Source: Clostridia bacterium (GTDB lineage: Bacteria; Bacillota; Clostridia; JAAYHZ01). Taken from it: 64,000 nt of DNA. The position numbers were made by a program, and so were the translations under genes. The notes beneath the pieces are model-generated. The model had not been told where the DNA came from. It did no database searches and saw only the letters and a program-made list of their open reading frames with translations. Of this stretch, positions 30,321 to 40,045 are shown piece by piece. The DNA is taken from NCBI GenBank assembly GCA_050950825.1, contig JBMNIH010000004.1, positions 416,001 through 480,000 of the forward strand. The letters run 5' to 3'. Numbering within the stretch: the first letter of the stretch is position 1; every line of letters begins with the position of its first letter.

Positions 30321-31493
30321 ATGGGATATGTAAATGAGATGACACATAAAGAACGGATTTTGGCGGCTATGGGCAAACAAGAAACGGATTATTCTCCATG
30401 TCTTATCTTCTTTAATCCCCTGCATAAGGTAACCCGAGAAAATCGGAAATTTAATTTCCCATGGGGAGAGCATGCAACCACCCATGATGTCGTAAAATAT
30501 TGCCTGGAAACATGGAACATACCGCAGCTCGTTCATTTTCATATTCCCTCAAGAAGAATGCATAAGGATGTAACGGTTAAAACGTGGAAGGAAGGCAGTC
30601 TTTTATACAAACAGTACGATACGCCTGCAGGTCCTTTAAGAGCCGTAGTGGAATGCAATGCATATTGGACCCACGGAGACGATATTCCTTTAGGAACGGA
30701 TTGGACGGCGAACTTTAAAAAAGCATGGATTGAAGATGAAAAAGATTTGGAATGCATGAAGTATTTGTTTATACCGTGGGAACCGAGCCCGGATGAATTC
30801 AAATCCTTAAAAGAAAATTTCACGAGGATAAAGAATTTCGCCGATCAATACCGATTGCCCGTTTCCACCCCGGGAGGTATGGGACTGACGTTAGGCTTGC
30901 AATTATTCCTCCCGGAAAAGCTGTGCTTAAAGGTCATAGAGAATCCTGCTATCGTTCACGAATTCTTGGAAATGGAACATCAATGCAATCGAAAGGTCAT
31001 AGAGCTTGCCGGCAATTTCGGTGTGGATATAATACAAAGAAATGGTTTTTATGAAACCTGCGATTTCTACAGTCCGAAAATGCTCGAAGAATTCTTGGAA
31101 AAGCGTATTTCCGATGAAGTTGCTTTGACCCACCAAGCCGGTATGAAGATGATGTATACCGCCCACACCGGTATCATGCCCATGCTGGATTACTTGAATC
31201 GACTGAATATCGACTGCATATTCGGTATTGACATCGCTTTTCCCGGCGTGGATTTGAATAAGATAAAAGTTAAACTGTTTGATAAAAAGTCTTTGTTTAT
31301 AGGTCCCAGCAGCACCCATCACTTGTGGAATCCCGACCCCCAAGTTACAAGAAACGCCGTTAGGACGGTATACGAGACTTTCGGAAAAAGAGGTATCATT
31401 TTAGGACCTTGTGTATCCATGCACAGTATTATGCCTTGGGAGAACCTTCTGGCTATGATTGACGAATGGAAGATAATAAACGGATTGAGCTAA
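30321..31493 (+). CDS. URO-D/MtaA-like family protein
   Basis: MTHKERILAA, YDTPAGPL, FYSPKMLEEF, MPWENLLAM. Confidence 0.7.
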   Translation: MGYVNEMTHKERILAAMGKQETDYSPCLIFFNPLHKVTRENRKFNFPWGEHATTHDVVKYCLETWNIPQLVHFHIPSRRMHKDVTVKTWKEGSLLYKQYDTPAGPLRAVVECNAYWTHGDDIPLGTDWTANFKKAWIEDEKDLECMKYLFIPWEPSPDEFKSLKENFTRIKNFADQYRLPVSTPGGMGLTLGLQLFLPEKLCLKVIENPAIVHEFLEMEHQCNRKVIELAGNFGVDIIQRNGFYETCDFYSPKMLEEFLEKRISDEVALTHQAGMKMMYTAHTGIMPMLDYLNRLNIDCIFGIDIAFPGVDLNKIKVKLFDKKSLFIGPSSTHHLWNPDPQVTRNAVRTVYETFGKRGIILGPCVSMHSIMPWENLLAMIDEWKIINGLS

Positions 31494-31619
31494 TACCTCG
31501 TATTTTACTTTCAATTTTTATACGTACTTTTTAGTTGTTTTAAAAAGTTCATCTTTTTGTGTATGCATTTAGACACCTCCCATTCTTTTATTATAATCTC
31601 AAATCAATTTTTATGAAGG

Positions 31620-31645
31620 TGTAGCTTTTTTCATTTCCATTCGTC
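31620..31645 (+). promoter_or_regulatory. Putative ECF-sigma autoregulatory promoter
   Basis: TGTAGC-N16-CGTC resembles the TGAAAC-N16-CGTC class. Confidence 0.5.
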
Positions 31646-31695
31646 TAACGGGTGAGCAGCAAATTCGAATACCGGTATTTCGAGGAGGTGTATTT

Positions 31696-32235
31696 GTGAG
31701 TGACAATGAGAAGAAATTAGTGAAAAGAATTCTCTCGGGAGATGAAAAAGCTTTCGAGGAGTTGTTTGACGCCCTACACTCTCAAGTCTATAACATTTGT
31801 CTTGGATTCATGAAAAATCCGCAAGATGCAAAAGATATGGCACAAGAAACCTTCATCAAAATCTATCAAAAATTACATACCTTCCGTTTCCAATGCAGTC
31901 TGACCACTTGGATTTACTCCATATGCGCAAGTACTTGTTTGGACGCACTGCGAAGACAACAAAGATTGATAACGGGGGAGCTAAAGGAATCGGACGCAAC
32001 AAGCACCCATGTGCCGGAAGACGCTCTTTTGCTGGACGAATTGTTGGAGCACATTGTTCATGAAATCGATAAAAACAATGAAAAAACGGCAAATGTATTG
32101 AAAAGAAGGTTGTTTGCCCAAGAGTCTTACGAAAAAATCTCCTCTGCAGAAAAAATCCCCGTCTCCTCGGCACGTACCTATTTTACACGTGGAAGAAGAA
32201 GGCTCATGCGTTCCATACAGGAATTCTTTAAGTAA
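31696..32235 (+). CDS. ECF RNA polymerase sigma factor
   Basis: GDEKAFEEL, DAKDMAQETF, TWIYSI, region 4 SYEKIS..ARTYFTRGR. Confidence 0.9.
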   Translation: MSDNEKKLVKRILSGDEKAFEELFDALHSQVYNICLGFMKNPQDAKDMAQETFIKIYQKLHTFRFQCSLTTWIYSICASTCLDALRRQQRLITGELKESDATSTHVPEDALLLDELLEHIVHEIDKNNEKTANVLKRRLFAQESYEKISSAEKIPVSSARTYFTRGRRRLMRSIQEFFK

Positions 32236-32255
32236 AAGAAGATAGGAGGATGTTT

Positions 32256-33956
32256 ATGAAGTGCATGGATATTGTAAGGAACACATTGGATTATGTTGAC
32301 CATAAAATGCCGAAAAAGATGAAGAAAAAATACGAGGATCATGTGAAAAAGTGCGATCAATGCCGTTACGTAAGTGATCTGATTCGAGCCAACTACGACA
32401 GCAGCTTGAAAGCCGAGACGATTCCGGATTACAAAGATACGGTGATGGCGTGCGTGCATATATCAAAAGAACAAAGACAAATTTCAAGACCTTTGGTTTC
32501 ATGGAAAAGAAAAGCCGTCCTATTAACCTTGCTCGCGATATTGGCCCTTGGAATCCACGGCAGTGCAAAGGGAGTTTTGCAAGGCATAGAGATTCTTATG
32601 GGTCGTATAAGGCCTTCTGCGGAATATATACCGCTTCTTGAGAAAGCAGCGGGAGAATCCTTTGAGTCTTTGTTCCCTACGGTAGACCGTTCGAAATACG
32701 AAAAAATAGACGGATTGTTTGCCCAAGTACAAGACAAAGTATGGAAGGATTTAAAAAGACTAAAAGCCGGCCAATATATCGAAACCGCATACAATGAAGT
32801 ACAAGAAGGCTTTTTTGTAAAAGCGGCTAAACTCAGTACGGGACAGCCCGTCATTTTATACGGCCTGGAAGACGGAGCCGTAACCGGATTGGGCGAATTT
32901 AAGAATACGTACAACCATGACGAAAACACCGTCAACCGGGTTATTGCCGCCGGAAATTTTATCGCCGTTCCGAATTACTTGCCTCAAGGATATCAATTCT
33001 CCGCCATTTCGACTTATGACGGACGAGTAGATACAATCTTCTATAAAGATGATAACGGGAACATATTGGCTATAGAACAAAAATCCCATGCCGATGTATC
33101 TTTAGACGGGAAACGTGCGGATGTATCCTTTGTCGGCGGATACGAAGCCTTGTGGATAGAGGATCAATCCGAAGAAACAAGAGAGCTTCTTATTTACTTA
33201 GGCGAAAATGTCGATAAGAAGGTGTTGCGCATCTCTGCAAACCGTTTGGACAGAGATGAAATAATAAAAGTAGCATCCGGTCTCGAATGGCATAACCTTG
33301 ACTCCAACGTAATGACGAAAGAAAACTTCTTCAAAGAGGTCAAGGAGCCCCTCGTCTTGGATTTATATGAAGAAATTGCGGCAAAAGAAAAAGAAGGTGT
33401 AAGAATATACGAATTGGATGTTGTGAACACTAAATTCGATTCGGCAAATATTCGATTCGGCAGAAACGACGCCGGACCCGGGGGATGGTATATGATTGAT
33501 TACAGGGGACTCTCCTATGATCAAGTAAAACACCGGATCAATTATCCTATGTTAGCCGACCCGACATGGCAGGATCAATACGAGCTCAAATATATTCATA
33601 TTGCCGGAAGACCCTACGAAGAAGCCAAGGAAGTAACCTTTGTTTTTAAGCAAAAGGATCAAGTATATACGGAATTTTTAATTACGGCAAAAGGACTGCC
33701 CAAGGAATACGAAAAATACACTTTATGGGATTTGGTTTTACTGACTTATATGGAAAGCCCGAAGGCCAAAATCGTTTACGATCAAAATAACCGACCGTAT
33801 ATCGTACGTTCAAAGGAAACCGACGATATACAAGTGCTTCTTTCGGTTATAGAGCTGGAAGACCGATATGTTATGTATGAAATGATGTTAGCAAGCGAAT
33901 ATTTTAAAGGGTCGACCATAGAAGATGCGGTAAACCGCTTCGAAATCATTCAATAA
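32256..33956 (+). CDS. Zinc-binding anti-sigma factor with large extracytoplasmic region (DUF4367-like)
   Basis: HVKKCDQC ZAS motif, one TM segment, VPNYLPQGY motif, directly downstream of the sigma gene. Confidence 0.75.
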   Translation: MKCMDIVRNTLDYVDHKMPKKMKKKYEDHVKKCDQCRYVSDLIRANYDSSLKAETIPDYKDTVMACVHISKEQRQISRPLVSWKRKAVLLTLLAILALGIHGSAKGVLQGIEILMGRIRPSAEYIPLLEKAAGESFESLFPTVDRSKYEKIDGLFAQVQDKVWKDLKRLKAGQYIETAYNEVQEGFFVKAAKLSTGQPVILYGLEDGAVTGLGEFKNTYNHDENTVNRVIAAGNFIAVPNYLPQGYQFSAISTYDGRVDTIFYKDDNGNILAIEQKSHADVSLDGKRADVSFVGGYEALWIEDQSEETRELLIYLGENVDKKVLRISANRLDRDEIIKVASGLEWHNLDSNVMTKENFFKEVKEPLVLDLYEEIAAKEKEGVRIYELDVVNTKFDSANIRFGRNDAGPGGWYMIDYRGLSYDQVKHRINYPMLADPTWQDQYELKYIHIAGRPYEEAKEVTFVFKQKDQVYTEFLITAKGLPKEYEKYTLWDLVLLTYMESPKAKIVYDQNNRPYIVRSKETDDIQVLLSVIELEDRYVMYEMMLASEYFKGSTIEDAVNRFEIIQ

Positions 33957-33969
33957 CGGCAGTAAGAAT

Positions 33970-34002
33970 AAGGCCTTTCCGGTTACGGAGGGGTCTTTTT
34001 TT
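33970..34002 (+). terminator. Intrinsic terminator
   Basis: AAGGCCTTTCCG/CGGAGGGGTCTT plus T-tract. Confidence 0.7.
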
Positions 34003-34108
34003 ACCCAATTTTCGAAAATGAAAAATGCGGTATTTATTGTCGTCGAAAGAAAACACTTTTTTTGCACATAATAAACCTAAGAACGTTTTGGAGGCGAGAA
34101 AGTGTAGA

Positions 34109-34819
34109 ATGAAATGGAAACGATACTTACCGATTATTCTTTTGCCCGTTTTTCTCGTATCTTGTACTGGAATCGAAATTGAAAAATCGGTTGAGGAGGA
34201 TAAGGAAGACGTCGATTTTGATATTGCAATCGAAGAATACGGCAATCCATCGATTACAATTGAAATAACAGGAGGTATAGCGGCTAAGGAAGAGGTGGAA
34301 ATCGGTTCCTTTGAAACCCCGCTACTGGATAAAAGCGAATCTCGAGTGAATAATATAAAGCTTGCGGCGAGAAAATTGGACGGTTACAAAATTAAACCGG
34401 GGAAAGAATTTTCCTTTAACAGGGTTGTAGGGAAGAGAACAATGGAAAAAGGATATAAAGTAGCTCCGATTATCATTCTGTCACCCGAAGGACCGAAAGG
34501 CTCCGAAGATATCGGGGGAGGCGTATGCCAGCTGTCCAGTACGTTATACAGTGCCGTAAATAAAGCCGGTTTAAAAGTAACCGAAAGGCACCCCCATTCC
34601 AAAAAGGTTCCGTATATTGACGAAGGTTATGATGCTACCGTTGATTTTGGCCGCTATGATCTAAAGTTTGTCAATACAAGGAGCAATCCGATAAAACTAA
34701 ATGTAATAATAAATAACGATTCGGTATCGGTAAAGATATTGGAGGACAAGACAAAAGAAAATCGAAAAACAAAAAATGCTCCTCTTTTTCAAAGAGGAGC
34801 ATCGTCTGATATTTACTGA
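34109..34819 (+). CDS. VanW family lipoprotein
   Basis: Lipobox LVSC, RVNNIKLA, FSFN, GGGVCQLSSTLY, ERHPHS, DATV, DLKFVN. Confidence 0.88.
   Translation: MKWKRYLPIILLPVFLVSCTGIEIEKSVEEDKEDVDFDIAIEEYGNPSITIEITGGIAAKEEVEIGSFETPLLDKSESRVNNIKLAARKLDGYKIKPGKEFSFNRVVGKRTMEKGYKVAPIIILSPEGPKGSEDIGGGVCQLSSTLYSAVNKAGLKVTERHPHSKKVPYIDEGYDATVDFGRYDLKFVNTRSNPIKLNVIINNDSVSVKILEDKTKENRKTKNAPLFQRGASSDIY
34771..34802 (-). terminator. Terminator of the trigger-factor-like gene, overlapping the vanW-like 3' end
   Basis: ATGCTCCTCTTT/AAAGAGGAGCAT stem with a T-tract on the minus strand. Confidence 0.7.
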
Positions 34820-35973
34820 AGATTCGCATTTTGTACCAAGAAATTGATTACTTCTTGGTTCAGAACCAAAAGCTTTAAATAAGGTAAGCCGTATGCCTCT
34901 TCGTATGGCGAATAGTCTCTTTCTCCTTCGTATTCGTAAAAGTAATCGGCCACATCTTCTTCCGTTACCGAAATGTTAGCGTCTTCCGCTATCGCTTGAA
35001 AAATAAGGAACATTTTAACCGCTTGCTCGTTATCCTCGCGATATTCGGCTAATAATTCTTCGCTTGAAGATACCTCCAAATAGGTTTTTAAGAAATCTTC
35101 GTATTCCATTCCGTAATAATCTGCATAGTCTTTAAAATAGCTTACCACCGAATTTTCTTGGTATTTCATCATGGATTCGGGGATAGAGCGTATCGTCGAG
35201 TTTTCAAAAACGTAGTTTTGTATATATTCCTCTAAGGCTACTTTTTGTAAATCGCTTCGAATGGCTTCTTTCATGCTGTTAACGTCCTGCCAGCCGAATT
35301 CGTTCGAAAAATTTTCTTGAACAAAGCTGTCCGTCAGCTCGGGCATAATGGTTTCGATAATGTAATTGATGGTGACCTTAAATAACGCATCCTTGCCGTT
35401 TAATTCTTCGTGACCGTAGTCTTCGGGAAACGTTACTAAAACATCGACTTGCTCTCCCGGCTTATGACCGATCAGCTGCTCCAAAAAATCGTCTATATAT
35501 CGTGTAACACCGATGACTACCGTAGTACCGGCACCGCCCGTACTGCCGCCTTCGAATTCTTTTCCGTCTATGGAGCCCACATAATCGATGTTTACCGTAT
35601 CGCCGTCGGCAACGGCTCTGTCGGTTATTTCATTATAATCCGAATAATAATACAATATATTCTCCAATTCGTACATGATGTCGCTGTCCGTGATTTGATG
35701 AACTTCGGCAGGGACGGGTATTTTCATATATTCGCAAAGCTCCACGTAGTCAAGAGCCCGTATATCTTTCCAAAAACCGCTATCGGTAATGCCTTCGCTG
35801 TAGTTGAAGCCTTCGGTATCCTTTCCTTCGGAAGAAGTACCGGTGGTTACTTGGGTTGTTCCTTCAGTCTCTGTGCCCTCAATTTTTTTGTCCGAACTTT
35901 TACATGCCGTAAACATAAAGAAGACGGCTGTTATCAACAACATTACGACTGATAACTTGATTTGCTTTTTCAT
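34813..35973 (-). CDS. Trigger-factor-like FKBP peptidyl-prolyl isomerase lipoprotein
   Basis: Lipobox FTAC, GDTVNIDYVG..FEGGS..QLIG..VTFPEDY..LNGK, trigger-factor C-domain. GGAGG RBS. Confidence 0.85.
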   Translation of the reverse strand: MKKQIKLSVVMLLITAVFFMFTACKSSDKKIEGTETEGTTQVTTGTSSEGKDTEGFNYSEGITDSGFWKDIRALDYVELCEYMKIPVPAEVHQITDSDIMYELENILYYYSDYNEITDRAVADGDTVNIDYVGSIDGKEFEGGSTGGAGTTVVIGVTRYIDDFLEQLIGHKPGEQVDVLVTFPEDYGHEELNGKDALFKVTINYIIETIMPELTDSFVQENFSNEFGWQDVNSMKEAIRSDLQKVALEEYIQNYVFENSTIRSIPESMMKYQENSVVSYFKDYADYYGMEYEDFLKTYLEVSSSEELLAEYREDNEQAVKMFLIFQAIAEDANISVTEEDVADYFYEYEGERDYSPYEEAYGLPYLKLLVLNQEVINFLVQNANLQ

Positions 35974-36235
35974 TAAAGCCTCCTTTTGATATCCATAAAT
36001 AATTTTCCCCTTACACGGGCAGATCATCCGGTGAAAGGCATGAAATCATAGGGTATATTATACACTAAATTTATGACCTTTTTGTGAATGGTTTATATCT
36101 TTTTTAAAATTAAGTTTTCTGTCAAGATTTTATCTCGATTTTCCTCGTTAGCAAAAAGAAAAAGCAAATCTATAGAAAAACCGGGCAAAGACTGAACTTC
36201 TTTCAAGGAAGGAGCAGGGAGGGCCGCCGGAGTTG

Positions 36236-36995
36236 CTAGAGAGAGTTTCCAAACCTTCGTCCCAAAAAATCAAAGAAGTGTCCCGCCCATTTTTTTATCG
36301 GGCCTAAGCGGGTTTCATAATAGTAATCGGATTGAAACCATCCTTTTTCCGGATAATAGGTATAGTCAAAACTCTTTTTATCTCTATATTGCAGCCCGCT
36401 TCTTGTGGTTCGAAACAGCATCAGTCTGAAAAAAGAGGGAACCGGCCGAACATCACGAAGAAGATTTCGATAAAACCTCTCCGAGCATTTTTCAATCTTT
36501 TGAACCGCCTTTTTTTTCCGGCTTTCGGACATCGGATCCATCGTCCATATGCTGCAACCCTTTATCACTTCAAATCCCAAATTGGCACCCGAATCTTCAA
36601 GATATTTGCGTACCTGATCGCCGACAGGGACGCCTTGGGTAACAATGGCCGTGAATGTCTTTCCGAAGAAACGCGGCCTATGGAATATAAAGGCTGACCT
36701 ATCCAAAAGGTTTTTCATTCGTCCCGAAACCTGAAAAGCATAGCAGGGTGAAGCGAAAATTACGCCGTCCGATTGTTTTCAGCAATTCATCCCGGTCATC
36801 TTTAAGGGGACAAAAGACTTCTCCTTTATCGAAGCATAGGCAGCAGCCAAGGCAAAAGCCTAAGTTATAATCGCTTAAAAAGACATACTCAAAGTCAATA
36901 TCCTCATATTGCTTCAAGTTATTCTCGAATTGTTGCACGGCAAAGTAGGTAGATTTCTTCCGCGCACTTCCGATGAATGCGGTTACTTTTTTCAT
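36236..36995 (-). pseudogene. Flavodoxin/NADPH-dependent FMN reductase family gene, frameshifted
   Basis: GSARK and CLGCCLC in frame 1; SDGVIFASP..MKNLLDR continues in another frame after about 36776. Confidence 0.8.
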
Positions 36996-37045
36996 TTTTT
37001 ATTCCTCCTAAAAAATCGATTCGTCCGATGCGGATTTTTTAAGGA

Positions 37046-37261
37046 TTAATCGATACTTTCCAACTTTAATAGGCGATCGCATCTTGCATCTACCGTGGCT
37101 TGGATTTCTTCGAGCAATGCCGCATTACGGGATTCAAAAAGGTGCTTGAATCTGCCCTGCTTTAACAAATACTCTTGAACAGGAAGCTTTTGTTTCGGCT
37201 TGTAATTGATTCTATATTGCCCGTTGATAATTTCATACAATGGCCAAAAACATGTTTCTAC
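37046..37261 (-). pseudogene. porB: C-terminal fragment of a pyruvate/2-oxoacid:ferredoxin oxidoreductase beta subunit
   Basis: VETCFWPLYE..NYKPK..QGRFKHLF. The 5' part is replaced by a hairpin and tRNA fragment. Confidence 0.75.
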
Positions 37262-37293
37262 AACCCTTGCGTTGCAAGGGCTTTCATAAAAAT

Positions 37294-37350
37294 TGACGGA
37301 AGAGGTGGGATTCGAACCCACGGTACGTTTCCGTACACCTGATTTCGAGT
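37294..37350 (-). pseudogene. 3' half of a tRNA-Ser(CGA), att-site-like remnant
   Basis: CTCGAAA loop, TCAGG, long variable arm, GTGGGTTCGAATCCCAC T-arm, CTCTTCCGTCA. No 5' half. Confidence 0.8.
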
Positions 37351-37368
37351 GCTCCGATAAACTTAGAA

Positions 37369-38414
37369 TAAAGTGTACCCTTTTGTCAAGGACAAAATGA
37401 GTTTTTGATTTCAATTCATAAATGAGTATTCAGTGGCTGTTGATTCACCTGTCCCGGACTTTGAGTACTACCATACCGGTGTTTCGGAGTCAGGTTTCCG
37501 CATTTATTCCACGATCCTCTTGACAACGAGCCTCTGCCGGCATGTTTGCTGGCATCAGAGGCATCCCCCATGCTGAACAAGGCAGAAGGGCTCTGGAGGT
37601 GGTTGATGCCCGGTCAGATAGCCTAACATGCCGGGCTCTCATTGTCAAGAGGCTTTCGCGGCATATAAACGCTGCCTTCCCATCAGCTCTCCTTGAATCC
37701 ATTTGGCTTGGGTATATTTAGTGGATACTCGCCAGTTGTTAAATATTTGTAATACTCTGCAGGAGATAGCTTTGCTAAATCCCATTGATATCTTTCGTAG
37801 TTATAATACTCTGTCCAGTCAGTTATTGCTGATAGGATTTCTTCATAAGTGTTACACTCTTCGATATGAATTTCATCCTTCATATGTCCGAAGAAGGACT
37901 CTTGCGGAGCGTTTATCCCAGCAGTTTGCCCTTCTGGACATTGACTGCCTTAATTCGCTGTTTTTAATCAGCTGTATAAAACTAAGACTAGTGTAATGTG
38001 ACCCTTGATCACTGTGGATTAGGGTTTCTGCCGTTAAGGAAATCCCATGTTTTTTCAATGAGCTGATTCACTGTCTCAAGTACAAAATCAACTTCCAAAG
38101 ATGGACTCACTACCCATGCTAGGAGTTCTTTTGTACAGGCATCTATAATAGTAGACATATAGCATCTAGGTGCTCTACCGTTAATAATATATGTGATATC
38201 TGTAAGCAGAACTTTCCGTGGTCCATGTTCCTCAAACTCGCGATTCAGGAGATTTGGAGCGACATAGGAAGTACCTATCGCTTTTGCTATACGTCTGTAT
38301 GGATTTGCTTTGCGAATTGGGCATTTTAATCCATACTTCTTCATAAGACGCCGAATCTTTTTTATGTTCATGACAACCGGTGGAGTCTGATGCAGTAATC
38401 TCATATAAATCCCA
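37369..38414 (-). mobile_element. Truncated IS3-family (IS150-like) element with frameshifted transposase
   Basis: NLLNREF, TDITY, IHSDQG, MSRRANCWD, ESFFGHMK split over three frames (37683-38404). End resembles an IS150-type IR (AAGTGTACCCTTTTGTCAAGGAC). Confidence 0.85.
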
Positions 38415-39806
38415 GTTATAGTCTTAAGTAGTGGTGTAAATTTCGTGGAGTATGCTTGACAAGAGTAACCACGATATGATTTTTACTTTATTAGATTCAA
38501 ACAAAAAAGATAAAGTAAAGGAGGTCATACCGTGGCTACTAAAAATAGAATGTCACTTTTAGAGCAACTTAGCAAGTATGTTGTTGAAAAAGATAAGGAT
38601 TTTTTAAAGGAAGCGCTTACGCTGTTAATCAATGCTCTGATGGATGCGGAAGTTACGTCGATGATCGGTGCGGAAAAGTATGAACGAAGTGAGAATCGGA
38701 ACAATCATCGTAATGGATACCGACAAAGAGAATGGGATACTCGCCTTGGTACGTTACAGTTAAGCATACCCAAATTGAGGCATGGAAGCTATTTCCCAAG
38801 TTTATTAGAGCCTCGGAAGATGTCAGAAAAAGCTTTATTAAATGTGGTGCAGGAAGCTTATGTGCACGGTGTCAGCACTAGAAAAGTAGATGAGTTGGTA
38901 GAATCTCTCGGAATTAAAGGGATGGATAAAAGCGAAGTTTCCAGGATCAGCAAGCAATTGGATGGCTTTGTCACCGAGTTCAAGAACCGCATACTCGAAG
39001 GAGAATACCCTTATCTTTGGCTTGATGCTACTTTTCCTAAGGTTCGTGAAGGTGGAAGAGTATGCAGTATGGCACTTGTAATAGCCGTAGGTGTAAATCA
39101 GTCCGGTGAACGAGAGATACTAGGTTTTGATGTCGGCATGAGTGAAGACGGAGCTTTTTGGGAAGAGTTTCTGAGAAAGCTTGTAGCAAGGGGACTTAAA
39201 GGGGTGAAGTTAGTTGTAAGTGATGCCCATGAGGGGTTAAAATCCGCCATAAAGAAGGTTTTAACCGGGAGCACATGGCAAAGATGCCGAGTACATTTTA
39301 TGCGGAACGTATTAAGCCAAGTGCCGAAGAAGTGCCAAGGAATGGTCTCCTCAATCATACGCACCATTTTTGCACAAAATGATCAGGAATCCGCAAGGGA
39401 ACAGCTAAGACATGTGGTAGATGAACTGAGGGGGCGTTTTCCGAAAGCAATGGAAATCCTTGAAGCAGCCGAAGAGGATATATTGGCGTATATGGCCTTT
39501 CCCCGTGAGCATTGGATACAGATTCATTCTACGAATCCATTGGAACGGCTTAATCGTGAGATACGCCGTCGGACTGATGTTGTATGCATATTTCCTAATC
39601 GTGATGCCGTTATTCGCCTTGTAGGTACTATGCTTATGGAGCAGAACGATGAATGGCAGGTAGGGCGGCGATACTTCAGTTTAGAATCTATGGAAAAGCT
39701 TACACAGGCTAATGGGTTTTCATTAGCTCCGATTGCTATCTTACATAAATGAAACGAAGGGAAGATAAAGTAGAAATCATTTTACACCACTTGACAAGAC
39801 ACTATC
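38415..39806 (+). mobile_element. IS256-family insertion sequence
   Basis: Imperfect terminal IRs sharing GTCTT..AGTGGTGTAAA. No target duplication visible. Confidence 0.85.
38532..39752 (+). CDS. IS256-family (Mutator) transposase
   Basis: RNGY, GVSTRKV, WLDA, SDAHEGL, WQRCRVHF, STNPLERLNREIRRR. Confidence 0.95.
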   Translation: MATKNRMSLLEQLSKYVVEKDKDFLKEALTLLINALMDAEVTSMIGAEKYERSENRNNHRNGYRQREWDTRLGTLQLSIPKLRHGSYFPSLLEPRKMSEKALLNVVQEAYVHGVSTRKVDELVESLGIKGMDKSEVSRISKQLDGFVTEFKNRILEGEYPYLWLDATFPKVREGGRVCSMALVIAVGVNQSGEREILGFDVGMSEDGAFWEEFLRKLVARGLKGVKLVVSDAHEGLKSAIKKVLTGSTWQRCRVHFMRNVLSQVPKKCQGMVSSIIRTIFAQNDQESAREQLRHVVDELRGRFPKAMEILEAAEEDILAYMAFPREHWIQIHSTNPLERLNREIRRRTDVVCIFPNRDAVIRLVGTMLMEQNDEWQVGRRYFSLESMEKLTQANGFSLAPIAILHK

Positions 39807-40045
39807 AGGCCGTTTTTTTATGCCCTTTTTGGTAGTGTCAAAAAAGTTATGAAAACAACGAATTGAGATTACAGAAATGTAAGTAATTAGAAGATTGAAC
39901 CTTGACAGCAGAATAGAGTGGAGAAAAAGGGCAAAAATTAAGGGCTTAGTGCGAAAAAGATACGGAAAAACCTACGTAAAAGGATATTATTGCATGATTA
40001 AAAAGCCTTGCTGGCTTAATATATGTTTACCTATTAACTTTCCTG

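Noticed and set aside
34109-34819. Vancomycin resistance locus
   Set aside because: Lone VanW-domain lipoprotein with no van ligase or regulator genes.
36160-36215. c-di-GMP-I riboswitch (GCAAA..GAAA..GCAAAG)
   Set aside because: P2 stem does not pair, and no gene lies downstream on that strand.
37046-37414. 122-aa ORF as a real gene
   Set aside because: Chimera of IS end, tRNA fragment and porB tail.
37683-38404. Programmed frameshifting in the IS3 transposase
   Set aside because: Both breaks are inside the DDE domain at short A-runs, not at the orfA/orfB junction, so they are mutation or sequencing error.
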